A stretch of DNA of 64,000 nt from Auanema rhodensis (taxonomy: Eukaryota; Animalia; Nematoda), in contig OZ059898.1 of assembly GCA_964057225.1 (NCBI GenBank), forward strand, positions 3,782,001-3,846,000, written 5' to 3'. The position numbers and the translations under genes were made by a program. The notes under the pieces are model-generated. The model saw only the letters and a program-made list of their open reading frames with translations. It made no database searches and was not told where the DNA came from. Below are positions 30,001-45,000 of this stretch, in pieces (the first letter of the stretch is position 1; the number at the start of each line of letters is the position of its first letter).

Positions 30001-33000
30001 TGATATAGGTTCACACTTATATCCTCGATTTTCACCCTGAAGAATTAATTTTTTCGTTGAATAACAATGTCCATCGTCTTTGTCTTGAAAAAAGGAATCT
30101 AAAAATATCTACTTTATGTGAAATTATTTGGAAATTTTTGGGGAAAATTTTTGTCAAAATGTTTTTGGAACCAATTTTGAGTGTACATGGAAATTCAACA
30201 TACAGTAATGCATCATTTTTCAAACGATCATAACTAATTTTTGTATTGAGCTTTTCTCAATGTAGTATAGTGCATTCGATGCGGATTTTTAAGCTGCGTC
30301 GATCTGTGTTATCAGATTTGCGCTAGCTTGAAAATGCACCGAGATATCAACTGATATAGGTTCACACGTATATCCTCGATTTTCACCCTGAAGAATTAAT
30401 TTTTTCGTTGAATAACAATGTCCATCGTCTTTGTCTTGAAAAAAGGAATCTAAAAACATCTACTTTTTGTGAAATTATTTGGAAATTTTTCGGGAAAATT
30501 TTTGTCAAAATGTTTTTGGAAGCAATTTTGAGTGTACATGGAAATTCAACATACAGTAATGCATCATTTTTCAAACGATCATAACTAATTTTTGTATTGA
30601 GCTTTTCTCAATGTAGTATAGTGCATTCGATGCGGATTTTTAAGCTGCGTCGATCTGTGTTATCAGATTTGCGCTAGCTTGAAAATGCACCGAGATATCA
30701 ACTGATATAAGTTCACACTTATATCCTCGATTTTCACCCTGAAGAATTAATTTTTTCGTTGAATAACAATGTCCATCGTCTTTGTCTTGAAAAAAGGAAT
30801 CTAAAAACATCTACTTTTTGTGAAATTATCTGGAAATTTTTCGGGAAAATTTTTGTGAAAATGTTTTTGGAAGCAATTTTGAGTGTACATGGAAACTCTT
30901 TTTCAACTCAACATACAGTAATGCATCATTTTTCAAACGATCATAACTAATTTTTGTATTGAGCTTTTCTCAATGTAGTATAGTGCATTCGATGCGGATT
31001 TTTAAGCTGCGTCGATCTGTGTTATCAGATTTGCGCTAGCTTAAAAATGCACCGAGATATCAACTGATATAAGTTCACACCTATATCCTCGATTTTCACC
31101 CTGAAGAATTAATTTTTTCGTTGAATAACAATGTCCATCGTCTTTGTCTTGAAAAAAGGAATCTAAAAACATCTACTTTTTGCTAAATTATCTGGAAATT
31201 TTTCGGGAAAATTTTTGTCAAAATGTTTTTGGAAGCAATGTTGAGTGTACATGGAAACTCAACATACAGTAATGCATCATTTTTCAAACGATCATAACTA
31301 ATTTTTGTATCAAGCGTTTCTCAATGTAGTATAGTGCATTCGATGCGGATTTTTAAGCTGCGTCGATCTGTGTTATCTGATTTGCGCTAGCTTGAAAATG
31401 CACCGAGATATCAACTGATATAGGTTCACACGTATATCCTCGATTTTCACCCTGAAGAATTAATTTTTTCGTTGAATAACAATGTCCATCGTCTTTGTCT
31501 TGAAAAAAGGAATCTAAAAACATCTACTTTTTATAAAATTATTTGGAAATTTTTCGGGAAAATTTTTGTCAAAATGTTTTTGGAACCAATTTTGAGTGTA
31601 CATGGAAATTCAACATACAGTAATGCATCATTTTTCAAACGATCATAACTAATTTTTGTATTGAGCTTTTCTCAATGTAGTATAGTGCATTCGATGCGGA
31701 TTTTTAAGCTGCGTCGATCTGTGTTATCAGATTTGCGCTAGCTTGAAAATGCACCGAGATATCAAATGATATAGGTTCACACTTATATCCTCGATTTTCA
31801 CCCTGAAGAATTAATTTTTTCGTTGAATAACAATGTCCATCGTCTTTGTCTTGAAAAAAGGAATCTAAAAACATCTACTTTTTGTGAAATTATTTGGAAA
31901 TTTTTCGGGAAAATTTTTGTCAAAATGTTTTTGGAAGCAATTTTGAGTGTACATGGAAACTCAACATACAGTAATGCATCATTTTTCAAACGATCATAAC
32001 TAATTTTTGTATTGAGCTTTTCTCAATGTAATATAGTGCATTCGATGCGGATTTTTAAGCTGCGTCGATCTGTGTTATTAGATTTGGGCTAGCTCGAAAA
32101 TGCACCGAGATATCAACTGATATAGGTTCACACTTATATCCTCGATTTTCACCCTGAAGAATTAATTTTTTCGTTGAATAACAATGTCCATCGTCTTTGT
32201 CTTGAAAAAAGGAATCTAAAAATATCTACTTTATGTGAAATTATTTGGAAATTTTTCGAAAAAATTTTTGTCAAAATGTTTTTGGAACCAATTTTGAGTG
32301 TACATGGAAACTCAACATACAGTAATGCATCATTTTTCAAACGATCATAACTAATTTTTGTATTGAGCTTTTCTCAGTGTAGTATAGTGCATTCGATGCG
32401 GATTTTTAAGCTGCGTCGATCTGTGTTATCAGATTTGCGCTAGCTTGAAAATGCACCGAGATATCAAATGATATAGGTTCACACTTATATCCTCGATTTT
32501 CACCCTGAAGAATTAATTTTTTCGTTGAATAACATTGTCCATCGTCTTTGCCTTGAAAAAAGGAATCTAAAAACATCTACTTTTCATAAAATTATTTGGA
32601 AATTTTTCGGGAAAATTTTTGTCAAAATGTTTTTGGAAACAATTTTGAGTGTACATGGAAATTCAACATACAGTAATGCATCATTTTTCAAACGATCATA
32701 ACTAATTTTTGTATTGAGCTTTTCTCAGTGTAGTATAGTGCATTCGATGCGGATTTTTAAGCTGCGTCGATCTGTGTTATCAGATTTGCGCTAGCTTGAA
32801 AATGCACCGAGATATCAAATGATATAGGTTCACACTTATATCCTCGATTTTCACCCTGAAGAATTAATTTTTTCGTTGAATAACATTGTCCATCGTCTTT
32901 GCCTTGAAAAAAGAAATCTAAAAACATCCACTTTTTGCTAAATTATTTTGAAATTTTTCGAAAAAATTTTTGTCAAAATGTTTTTGGAAGCAATGTTGAG

Positions 33001-36000
33001 TGTACATGGAAATTCAACATACAGTAATGCATCATTTTTCAAACGATCATAACTAATTTTTGTATTGAGCTTTTCTCAGTGTAGTATAGTGCATTCGATG
33101 CGGATTTTTAAGCTGCGTCGATCTGTGTTATCAGATTTGCGCTAGCTTGAAAATGCACCGAGATATCAAATGATATAGGTTCACACTTATATCCTCGATT
33201 TTCACCCTGAAGAATTAATTTTTTCGTTGAATAACAATGTCCATCGTCTTTGTCTTGAAAAAAGGAATCTAAAAACATCTACTTTTCATAAAATTATTTG
33301 GAAATTTTTCGGGAAAATTTTTGTCAAAATGTTTTTGGAAACAATTTTGAGTGTACATGGAAATTCAACATACAGTAATGCATCATTTTTCAAACGATCA
33401 TAACTAATTTTTGTATTGAGCTTTTCTCAATGTAGTATAGTGCATTCGATGCGGATTTTTAAGCTGCGTCGATCTGTGTTATCAGATTTGCGCTAGCTTG
33501 AAAATGCACCGAGATATCAAATGATATAGGTTCACACTTATATCCTCGATTTTCACCCTGAAGAATTAATTTTTTCGTTGAATAACAATGTCCATCGTCT
33601 TTGTCTTGAAAAAAGGAATCTAAAAACATCTACTTTTCATAAAATTATTTGGAAATTTTTCGGGAAAATTTTTGTCAAAATGTTTTTGGAAACAATTTTG
33701 AGTGTACATGGAAACTCAACATACAGTAATGCATCATTTTTCAAACGATCATAACTAATTTTTGTATTGAGCTTTTCTCAATGTAGTATAGTGCATTCGA
33801 TGCGGATTTTTAAGCTGCGTCGATCTGTGTTATCAGATTTGCGCTAGCTTGAAAATGCACCGAGATATCAACTGATATAGGTTCACACTTATATCCTCGA
33901 TTTTCACCCTGAAGAATTAATTTTTTCGTTGAATAACAATGTCCATCGTCTTTGTCTTGAAAAAAGGAATCTAAAAACATCTACTTTTCATAAAATTATT
34001 TGGAAATTTTTCGGGAAAATTTTTGTCAAAATGTTTTTGGAAACAATTTTGAGTGTACATGGAAATTCAACATACAGTAATGCATCATTTTTCAAACGAT
34101 CATAACTAATTTTTGTATCAAGCGTTTCTCAATGTAGTATAGTGCATTCGATGCGGATTTTTAAGCTGCGTCGATCTGTGTTATCAGATTTGCGCTAGCT
34201 TGAAAATGCACCGAGATATCAAATGATATAGGTTCACACTTATATCCTCGATTTTCACCCTGAAGAATTAATTTTTTCGTTGAATAACAATGTCCATCGT
34301 CTTTGTCTTGAAAAAAGGAATCTAAAAACATCTACTTTTCATAAAATTATTTGGAAATTTTTCGGGAAAATTTTTGTCAAAATGTTTTTGGAAACAATTT
34401 TGAGTGTACATGGAAACTCAACATACAGTAATGCATCATTTTTCAAACGATCATAACTAATTTTTGTATTGAGCTTTTCTCAATGTAGTATAGTGCATTC
34501 GATGCGGATTTTTAAGCTGCGTCGATCTGTGTTATCAGATTTGCGCTAGCTTGAAAATGCACCGAGATATCAAATGATATAGGTTCACACTTATATCCTC
34601 GATTTTCACCCTGAAGAATTAATTTTTTCGTTGAATAACAATGTCCATCGTCTTTGTCTTGAAAAAAGGAATCTAAAAACATCTACTTTTTGTGAAATTA
34701 TTTGGAAATTTTTCGGGAAAATTTTTGTCAAAATGTTTTTGGAAGCAATTTTGAGTGTACATGGAAACTCAACATACAGTAATGCATCATTTTTCAAACG
34801 ATCATAACTAATTTTTGTATTGAGCTTTTCTCAATGTAGTATAGTGCATTCGCTGCGGATTTTTAAGCTGCGTCGATCTGTGTTATCAGATTTGGGCTAG
34901 CTTGAAAATGCACCGAGATATCAACTGATATAGGTTCACACTTATATCCTCGATTTTCACCCTGAAGAATTAATTTTTTCGTTGAATAACAATGTCCATC
35001 GTCTTTGTCTTGAAAAAAGGAATCTAAAAACATCTACTTTTTGTGAAATTATTTGGAAATTTTTCGGGAAAATTTTTGTCAAAATGTTTTTGGAAGCAAT
35101 TTTGAGTGTACATGGAAACTCAACATACAGTAATGCATCATTTTTCAAACGATCATAACTAATTTTTGTATTGAGCTTTTCTCAATGTAGTATAGTGCAT
35201 TCGCTGCGGATTTTTAAGCTGCGTCGATCTGTGTTATCAGATTTGGGCTAGCTTGAAAATGCACCGAGATATCAACTGATATAGGTTCACACTTATATCC
35301 TCGATTTTCACCCTGAAGAATTAATTTTTTCGTTGAATAACAATGTCCATCGTCTTTGTCTTGAAAAAAGGAATCTAAAAACATCTACTTTTTGTGAAAT
35401 TATCTGGAAATTTTTCGGGAAAATTTTTGTCAAAATGTTTTTGGAAGCAATTTTGAGTGTACATGGAAATTCAACATACAGTAATGCATCATTTTTCAAA
35501 CGATCATAACTAATTTTTGTATTGAGCTTTTCTCAATGTAGTATAGTGCATTCGATGCGGATTTTTAAGCTGCGTCGATCTGTGTTATCAGATTTGCGCT
35601 AGCTTGAAAATGCACCGAGATATCAACTGATATAGGTTCACACTTATATCCTCGATTTTCACCCTGAAGAATTAATTTTTTCGTTGAATAACAATGTCCA
35701 TCGTCTTTGTCTTGAAAAAAGGAATCTAAAAACATCTACTTTTTGTGAAATTATCTGGAAATTTTTCGGGAAAATTTTTGTCAAAATGTTTTTGGAAGCA
35801 ATTTTGAGTGTACATGGAAATTCAACATACAGTAATGCATCATTTTTCAAACGATCATAACTAATTTTTGTATTGAGCTTTTCTCAATGTAATATAGTGC
35901 ATTCGATGCGGATTTTTAAGCTGCGTCGATCTGTGTTATCAGATTTGGGCTAGCTTGAAAATGCACCGAGATATCAACTGATATAGGTTCACACTTATAT

Positions 36001-39000
36001 CCTCGATTTTCACCCTGAAGAATTAATTTTTTCGTTGAATAACAATGTCCATCGTCTTTGTCTTGAAAAAAGGAATCTAAAAACATCTACTTTTTATAAA
36101 ATTATTTGGAAATTTTTCGGGAAAATTTTTGTCAAAATGTTTTTGGAACCAATTTTGAGTGTACATGGAAATTCAACATACAGTAATGCATCATTTTTCA
36201 AACGATCATAACTAATTTTTGTATTGAGCTTTTCTCAATGTAGTATAGTGCATTCGATGCGGATTTTTAAGCTGCGTCGATCTGTGTTATCAGATTTGGG
36301 CTAGCTTGAAAATGCACCGAGATATCAACTGATATAGGTTCACACTTATATCCTCGATTTTCACCCTGAAGAATTAATTTTTTCGTTGAATAACAATGTC
36401 CATCGTCTTTGTCTTGAAAAAAGGAATCTAAAAACATCTACTTTTTATAAAATTATTTGGAAATTTTTCGGGAAAATTTTTGTCAAAATGTTTTTGGAAG
36501 CAATTTTGAGTGTACATGGAAATTCAACATACAGTAATGCATCATTTGTCAAACGATCATAACTAATTTTTGTATTGAGCTTTTCTCAATGTAATATAGT
36601 GCATTCGATGCGGATTTTTAAGCTGCGTCGATCTGTGTTATCTGATTTGCGCTAGCTTGAAAATGCACCGAGATATCAACTGATATAGGTTCACACTTAT
36701 ATCCTCGATTTTCACCCTGAAGAATTAATTTTTTCGTTGAATAACAATGTCCATCGTCTTTGTCTTGAAAAAAGGAATCTAAAAACATCTACTTTATGTG
36801 AAATTATTTGGAAATTTTTCGAAAAAATTTTTGTCAAAATGTTTTTGGAACCAATTTTGAGTGTACATGGAAACTCAACATACAGTAATGCATCATTTTT
36901 CAAACGATCATAACTAATTTTTGTATTGAGCTTTTCTCAGTGTAGTATAGTGCATTCGATGCGGATTTTTAAGCTGCGTCGATCTGTGTTATCAGATTTG
37001 CGCTAGCTTGAAAATGCACCGAGATATCAAATGATATAGGTTCACACTTATATCCTCGATTTTCACCCTGAAGAATTAATTTTTTCGTTGAATAACATTG
37101 TCCATCGTCTTTGCCTTGAAAAAAGGAATCTAAAAACATCCACTTTTTGCTAAATTATTTTGAAATTTTTCGAAAAAATTTTTGTCAAAATGTTTTTGGA
37201 AGCATTGTTGAGTGTACATGGAAATTCAACATACAGTAATGCATCATTTTTCAAACGATCATAACTAATTTTTGTATTGAGCTTTTCTCAGTGTAGTATA
37301 GTGCATTCGATGCGGATTTTTAAGCTGCGTCGATCTGTGTTATCAGATTTGCGCTAGCTTGAAAATGCACCGAGATATCAAATGATATAGGTTCACACTT
37401 ATATCCTCGATTTTCACCCTGAAGAATTAATTTTTTCGTTGAATAACAATGTCCATCGTCTTTGTCTTGAAAAAAGGAATCTAAAAACATCTACTTTTCA
37501 TAAAATTATTTGGAAATTTTTCGGGAAAATTTTTGTCAAAATGTTTTTGGAAACAATTTTGAGTGTACATGGAAATTCAACATACAGTAATGCATCATTT
37601 TTCAAACGATCATAACTAATTTTTGTATTGAGCTTTTCTCAATGTAGTATAGTGCATTCGATGCGGATTTTTAAGCTGCGTCGATCTGTGTTATCAGATT
37701 TGGGCTAGCTTGAAAATGCACCGAGATATCAACTGATATAGGTTCACACTTATATCCTCGATTTTCACCCTGAAGAATTAATTTTTTCGTTGAATAACAA
37801 TGTCCATCGTCTTTGTCTTGAAAAAAGGAATCTAAAAACATCTACTTTTTATAAAATTATTTGGAAATTTTTCGGGAAAATTTTTGTCAAAATGTTTTTG
37901 GAACCAATTTTGAGTGTACATGGAAATTCAACATACAGTAATGCATCATTTTTCAAACGATCATAACTAATTTTTGTATTGAGCTTTTCTCAATGTAATA
38001 TAGTGCATTCGATGCGGATTTTTAAGCTGCGTCGATCTGTGTTATCAGATTTGGGCTAGCTTGAAAATGCACCGAGATATCAACTGATATAGGTTCACAC
38101 TTATATCCTCGATTTTCACCCTGAAGAATTAATTTTTTCGTTGAATAACAATGTCCATCGTCTTTGTCTTGAAAAAAGGAATCTAAAAACATCTACTTTT
38201 TATAAAATTATTTGGAAATTTTTCGGGAAAATTTTTGTCAAAATGTTTTTGGAAGCAATTTTGAGTGTACATGGAAATTCAACATACAGTAATGCATCAT
38301 TTGTCAAACGATCATAACTAATTTTTGTATTGAGCTTTTCTCAATGTAATATAGTGCATTCGATGCGGATTTTTAAGCTGCGTCGATCTGTGTTATCAGA
38401 TTTGGGCTAGCTTGAAAATGCACCGAGATATCAACTGATATAGGTTCACACTTATATCCTCGATTTTCACCCTGAAGAATTAATTTTTTCGTTGAATAAC
38501 AATGTCCATCGTCTTTGTCTTGAAAAAAGGAATCTAAAAACATCTACTTTTTGTGAAATTATTTGGAAATTTTTCGGGAAAATTTTTGTCAAAATGTTTT
38601 TGGAACCAATTTTGAGTGTACATGGAAATTCAACATACAGTAATGCATCATTTTTCAAACGATCATAACTAATTTTTGTATTGAGCTTTTCTCAATGTAG
38701 TATAGTGCATTCGATGCGGATTTTTAAGCTGCGTCGATCTGTGTTATCAGATTTGGGCTAGCTTGAAAATGCACCGAGATATCAACTGATATAGGTTCAC
38801 ACTTATATCCTCGATTTTCACCCTGAAGAATTAATTTTTTCGTTGAATAACAATGTCCATCGTCTTTGTCTTGAAAAAAGGAATCTAAAAACATCTACTT
38901 TTTATAAAATTATTTGGAAATTTTTCGGGAAAATTTTTGTCAAAATGTTTTTGGAACCAATTTTGAGTGTACATGGAAATTCAACATACAGTAATGCATC

Positions 39001-42000
39001 ATTTTTCAAACGATCATAACTAATTTTTGTATTGAGCTTTTCTCAATGTAGTATAGTGCATTCGATGCGGATTTTTAAGCTGCGTCGATCTGTGTTATCA
39101 GATTTGGGCTAGCTTGAAAATGCACCGAGATATCAACTGATATAGGTTCACACTTATATCCTCGATTTTCACCCTGAAGAATTAATTTTTTCGTTGAATA
39201 ACAATGTCCATCGTCTTTGTCTTGAAAAAAGGAATCTAAAAACATCTACTTTATGTGAAATTATTTGGAAATTTTTCGAAAAAATTTTTGTCAAAATGTT
39301 TTTGGAACCAATTTTGAGTGTACATGGAAACTCAACATACAGTAATGCATCATTTTTCAAACGATCATAACTAATTTTTGTATTGAGCTTTTCTCAGTGT
39401 AGTATAGTGCATTCGATGCGGATTTTTAAGCTGCGTCGATCTGTGTTATCAGATTTGCGCTAGCTTGAAAATGCACCGAGATATCAAATGATATAGGTTC
39501 ACACTTATATCCTCGATTTTCACCCTGAAGAATTAATTTTTTCGTTGAATAACATTGTCCATCGTCTTTGCCTTGAAAAAAGGAATCTAAAAACATCCAC
39601 TTTTTGCTAAATTATTTTGAAATTTTTCGAAAAAATTTTTGTCAAAATGTTTTTGGAAGCATTGTTGAGTGTACATGGAAACTCAACATACACTAATGCA
39701 TCATTTTTCAAACGATCATAACTAATTTTTGTATTGAGCTTTTCTCAGTGTAGTATAGTGCATTCGATGCGGATTTTTAAGCTGCGTCGATCTGTGTTAT
39801 CAGATTTGCGCTAGCTTGAAAATGCACCGAGATATCAAATGATATAGGTTCACACTTATATCCTCGATTTTCACCCTGAAGAATTAATTTTTTCGTTGAA
39901 TAACATTGTCCATCGTCTTTGCCTTGAAAAAAGAAATCTAAAAACATCCACTTTTTGCTAAATTATTTTGAAATTTTTCGAAAAAATTTTTGTCAAAATG
40001 TTTTTGGAAGCAATGTTGAGTGTACATGGAAATTCAACATACAGTAATGCATCATTTTTCAAACGATCATAACTAATTTTTGTATTGAGCTTTTCTCAGT
40101 GTAGTATAGTGCATTCGATGCGGATTTTTAAGCTGCGTCGATCTGTGTTATCAGATTTGCGCTAGCTTGAAAATGCACCGAGATATCAAATGATATAGGT
40201 TCACACTTATATCCTCGATTTTCACCCTGAAGAATTAATTTTTTCGTTGAATAACAATGTCCATCGTCTTTGTCTTGAAAAAAGGAATCTAAAAACATCT
40301 ACTTTTCATAAAATTATTTGGAAATTTTTCGGGAAAATTTTTGTCAAAATGTTTTTGGAAACAATTTTGAGTGTACATGGAAATTCAACATACAGTAATG
40401 CATCATTTTTCAAACGATCATAACTAATTTTTGTATTGAGCTTTTCTCAATGTAGTATAGTGCATTCGATGCGGATTTTTAAGCTGCGTCGATCTGTGTT
40501 ATCAGATTTGCGCTAGCTTGAAAATGCACCGAGATATCAAATGATATAGGTTCACACTTATATCCTCGATTTTCACCCTGAAGAATTAATTTTTTCGTTG
40601 AATAACAATGTCCATCGTCTTTGTCTTGAAAAAAGGAATCTAAAAACATCTACTTTTCATAAAATTATTTGGAAATTTTTCGAAAAAATTTTTGTCAAAA
40701 TGTTTTTGGAAGCAATGTTGAGTGTACATGGAAACTCAACATACAGTAATGCATCATTTTTCAAACGATCATAACTAATTTTTGTATTGAGCTTTTCTCA
40801 ATGTAGTATAGTGCATTCGATGCGGATTTTTAAGCTGCGTCGATCTGTGTTATCAGATTTGCGCTAGCTTGAAAATGCACCGAGATATCAAATGATATAG
40901 GTTCACACTTATATCCTCGATTTTCACCCTGAAGAATTAATTTTTTCGTTGAATAACAATGTCCATCGTCTTTGTCTTGAAAAAAGGAATCTAAAAACAT
41001 CTACTTTTCATAAAATTATTTGGAAATTTTTCGGGAAAATTTTTGTCAAAATGTTTTTGGAAACAATTTTGAGTGTACATGGAAACTCAACATACAGTAA
41101 TGCATCATTTTTCAAACGATCATAACTAATTTTTGTATTGAGCTTTTCTCAATGTAGTATAGTGCATTCGATGCGGATTTTTAAGCTGCGTCGATCTGTG
41201 TTATCAGATTTGCGCTAGCTTGAAAATGCACCGAGATATCAAATGATATAGGTTCACACTTATATCCTCGATTTTCACCCTGAAGAATTAATTTTTTCGT
41301 TGAATAACAATGTCCATCGTCTTTGTCTTGAAAAAAGGAATCTAAAAACATCTACTTTTTGTGAAATTATTTGGAAATTTTTCGGGAAAATTTTTGTCAA
41401 AATGTTTTTGGAAGCAATTTTGAGTGTACATGGAAACTCAACATACAGTAATGCATCATTTTTCAAACGATCATAACTAATTTTTGTATTGAGCTTTTCT
41501 CAATGTAGTATAGTGCATTCGCTGCGGATTTTTAAGCTGCGTCGATCTGTGTTATCAGATTTGGGCTAGCTTGAAAATGCACCGAGATATCAACTGATAT
41601 AGGTTCACACTTATATCCTCGATTTTCACCCTGAAGAATTAATTTTTTCGTTGAATAACAATGTCCATCGTCTTTGTCTTGAAAAAAGGAATCTAAAAAC
41701 ATCTACTTTTTGTGAAATTATCTGGAAATTTTTCGGGAAAATTTTTGTCAAAATGTTTTTGGAAGCAATTTTGAGTGTACATGGAAATTCAACATACAGT
41801 AATGCATCATTTTTCAAACGATCATAACTAATTTTTGTATTGAGCTTTTCTCAATGTAGTATAGTGCATTCGATGCGGATTTTTAAGCTGCGTCGATCTG
41901 TGTTATCAGATTTGCGCTAGCTTGAAAATGCACCGAGATATCAAATGATATAGGTTCACACTTATATCCTCGATTTTCACCCTGAAGAATTAATTTTTTC

Positions 42001-45000
42001 GTTGAATAACAATGTCCATCGTCTTTGTCTTGAAAAAAGGAATCTAAAAACATCTACTTTTTGTGAAATTATTTGGAAATTTTTCGGGAAAATTTTTGTC
42101 AAAATGTTTTTGGAAGCAATTTTGAGTGTACATGGAAACTCAACATACAGTAATGCATCATTTTTCAAACGATCATAACTAATTTTTGTATTGAGCTTTT
42201 CTCAATGTAGTATAGTGCATTCGCTGCGGATTTTTAAGCTGCGTCGATCTGTGTTATCAGATTTGGGCTAGCTTGAAAATGCACCGAGATATCAACTGAT
42301 ATAGGTTCACACTTATATCCTCGATTTTCACCCTGAAGAATTAATTTTTTCGTTGAATAACAATGTCCATCGTCTTTGTCTTGAAAAAAGGAATCTAAAA
42401 ACATCTACTTTTTGTGAAATTATCTGGAAATTTTTCGGGAAAATTTTTGTCAAAATGTTTTTGGAAGCAATTTTGAGTGTACATGGAAATTCAACATACA
42501 GTAATGCATCATTTTTCAAACGATCATAACTAATTTTTGTATTGAGCTTTTCTCAATGTAGTATAGTGCATTCGATGCGGATTTTTAAGCTGCGTCGATC
42601 TGTGTTATCAGATTTGCGCTAGCTTGAAAATGCACCGAGATATCAACTGATATAGGTTCACACTTATATCCTCGATTTTCACCCTGAAGAATTAATTTTT
42701 TCGTTGAATAACAATGTCCATCGTCTTTGTCTTGAAAAAAGGAATCTAAAAACATCTACTTTTTGTGAAATTATCTGGAAATTTTTCGGGAAAATTTTTG
42801 TCAAAATGTTTTTGGAAGCAATTTTGAGTGTACATGGAAATTCAACATACAGTAATGCATCATTTTTCAAACGATCATAACTAATTTTTGTATTGAGCTT
42901 TTCTCAATGTAATATAGTGCATTCGATGCGGATTTTTAAGCTGCGTCGATCTGTGTTATCAGATTTGCGCTAGCTTGAAAATGCACCGAGATATCAAATG
43001 ATATAGGTTCACACTTATATCCTCGATTTTCACCCTGAAGAATTAATTTTTTCGTTGAATAACAATGTCCATCGTCTTTGTCTTGAAAAAAGGAATCTAA
43101 AAACATCTACTTTTTGTGAAATTATTTGGAAATTTTTCGGGAAAATTTTTGTCAAAATGTTTTTGGAAGCAATTTTGAGTGTACATGGAAACTCAACATA
43201 CAGTAATGCATCATTTTTCAAACGATCATAACTAATTTTTGTATTGAGCTTTTCTCAATGTAGTATAGTGCATTCGCTGCGGATTTTTAAGCTGCGTCGA
43301 TCTGTGTTATCAGATTTGGGCTAGCTTGAAAATGCACCGAGATATCAACTGATATAGGTTCACACTTATATCCTCGATTTTCACCCTGAAGAATTAATTT
43401 TTTCGTTGAATAACAATGTCCATCGTCTTTGTCTTGAAAAAAGGAATCTAAAAACATCTACTTTTTGTGAAATTATCTGGAAATTTTTCGGGAAAATTTT
43501 TGTCAAAATGTTTTTGGAAGCAATTTTGAGTGTACATGGAAATTCAACATACAGTAATGCATCATTTTTCAAACGATCATAACTAATTTTTGTATTGAGC
43601 TTTTCTCAATGTAGTATAGTGCATTCGATGCGGATTTTTAAGCTGCGTCGATCTGTGTTATCAGATTTGCGCTAGCTTGAAAATGCACCGAGATATCAAC
43701 TGATATAGGTTCACACTTATATCCTCGATTTTCACCCTGAAGAATTAATTTTTTCGTTGAATAACAATGTCCATCGTCTTTGTCTTGAAAAAAGGAATCT
43801 AAAAACATCTACTTTTTGTGAAATTATCTGGAAATTTTTCGGGAAAATTTTTGTCAAAATGTTTTTGGAAGCAATTTTGAGTGTACATGGAAATTCAACA
43901 TACACAAATGCATCATTTTTCAAACGATCATAACTAATTTTTGTATTAAGCGTTTCTCAATGTAGTATAGTGCATTCGATGCGGATTTTTAAGCTGCGTC
44001 GATCTGTGTTATCAGATTTGGGCTAGCTTGAAAATGCACCGAGATATCAACTGATATAGGTTCACACTTATATCCTCGATTTTCACCCTGAAGAATTAAT
44101 TTTTTCGTTGAATAACAATGTCCATCGTCTTTGTCTTGAAAAAAGGAATCTAAAAACATCTACTTTTTATAAAATTATTTGGAAATTTTTCGGGAAAATT
44201 TTTGTCAAAATGTTTTTGGAACCAATTTTGAGTGTACATGGAAATTCAACATACAGTAATGCATCATTTTTCAAACGATCATAACTAATTTTTGTATTGA
44301 GCTTTTCTCAATGTAGTATAGTGCATTCGATGCGGATTTTTAAGCTGCGTCGATCTGTGTTATCAGATTTGGGCTAGCTTGAAAATGCACCGAGATATCA
44401 ACTGATATAGGTTCACACTTATATCCTCGATTTTCACCCTGAAGAATTAATTTTTTCGTTGAATAACAATGTCCATCGTCTTTGTCTTGAAAAAAGGAAT
44501 CTAAAAACATCTACTTTTTATAAAATTATTTGGAAATTTTTCGGGAAAATTTTTGTCAAAATGTTTTTGGAAGCAATTTTGAGTGTACATGGAAATTCAA
44601 CATACAGTAATGCATCATTTGTCAAACGATCATAACTAATTTTTGTATTGAGCTTTTCTCAATGTAATATAGTGCATTCGATGCGGATTTTTAAGCTGCG
44701 TCGATCTGTGTTATCAGATTTGGGCTAGCTTGAAAATGCACCGAGATATCAACTGATATAGGTTCACACTTATATCCTCGATTTTCACCCTGAAGAATTA
44801 ATTTTTTCGTTGAATAACAATGTCCATCGTCTTTGTCTTGAAAAAAGGAATCTAAAAACATCTACTTTTTGTGAAATTATTTGGAAATTTTTCGGGAAAA
44901 TTTTTGTCAAAATGTTTTTGGAACCAATTTTGAGTGTACATGGAAATTCAACATACAGTAATGCATCATTTTTCAAACGATCATAACTAATTTTTGTATT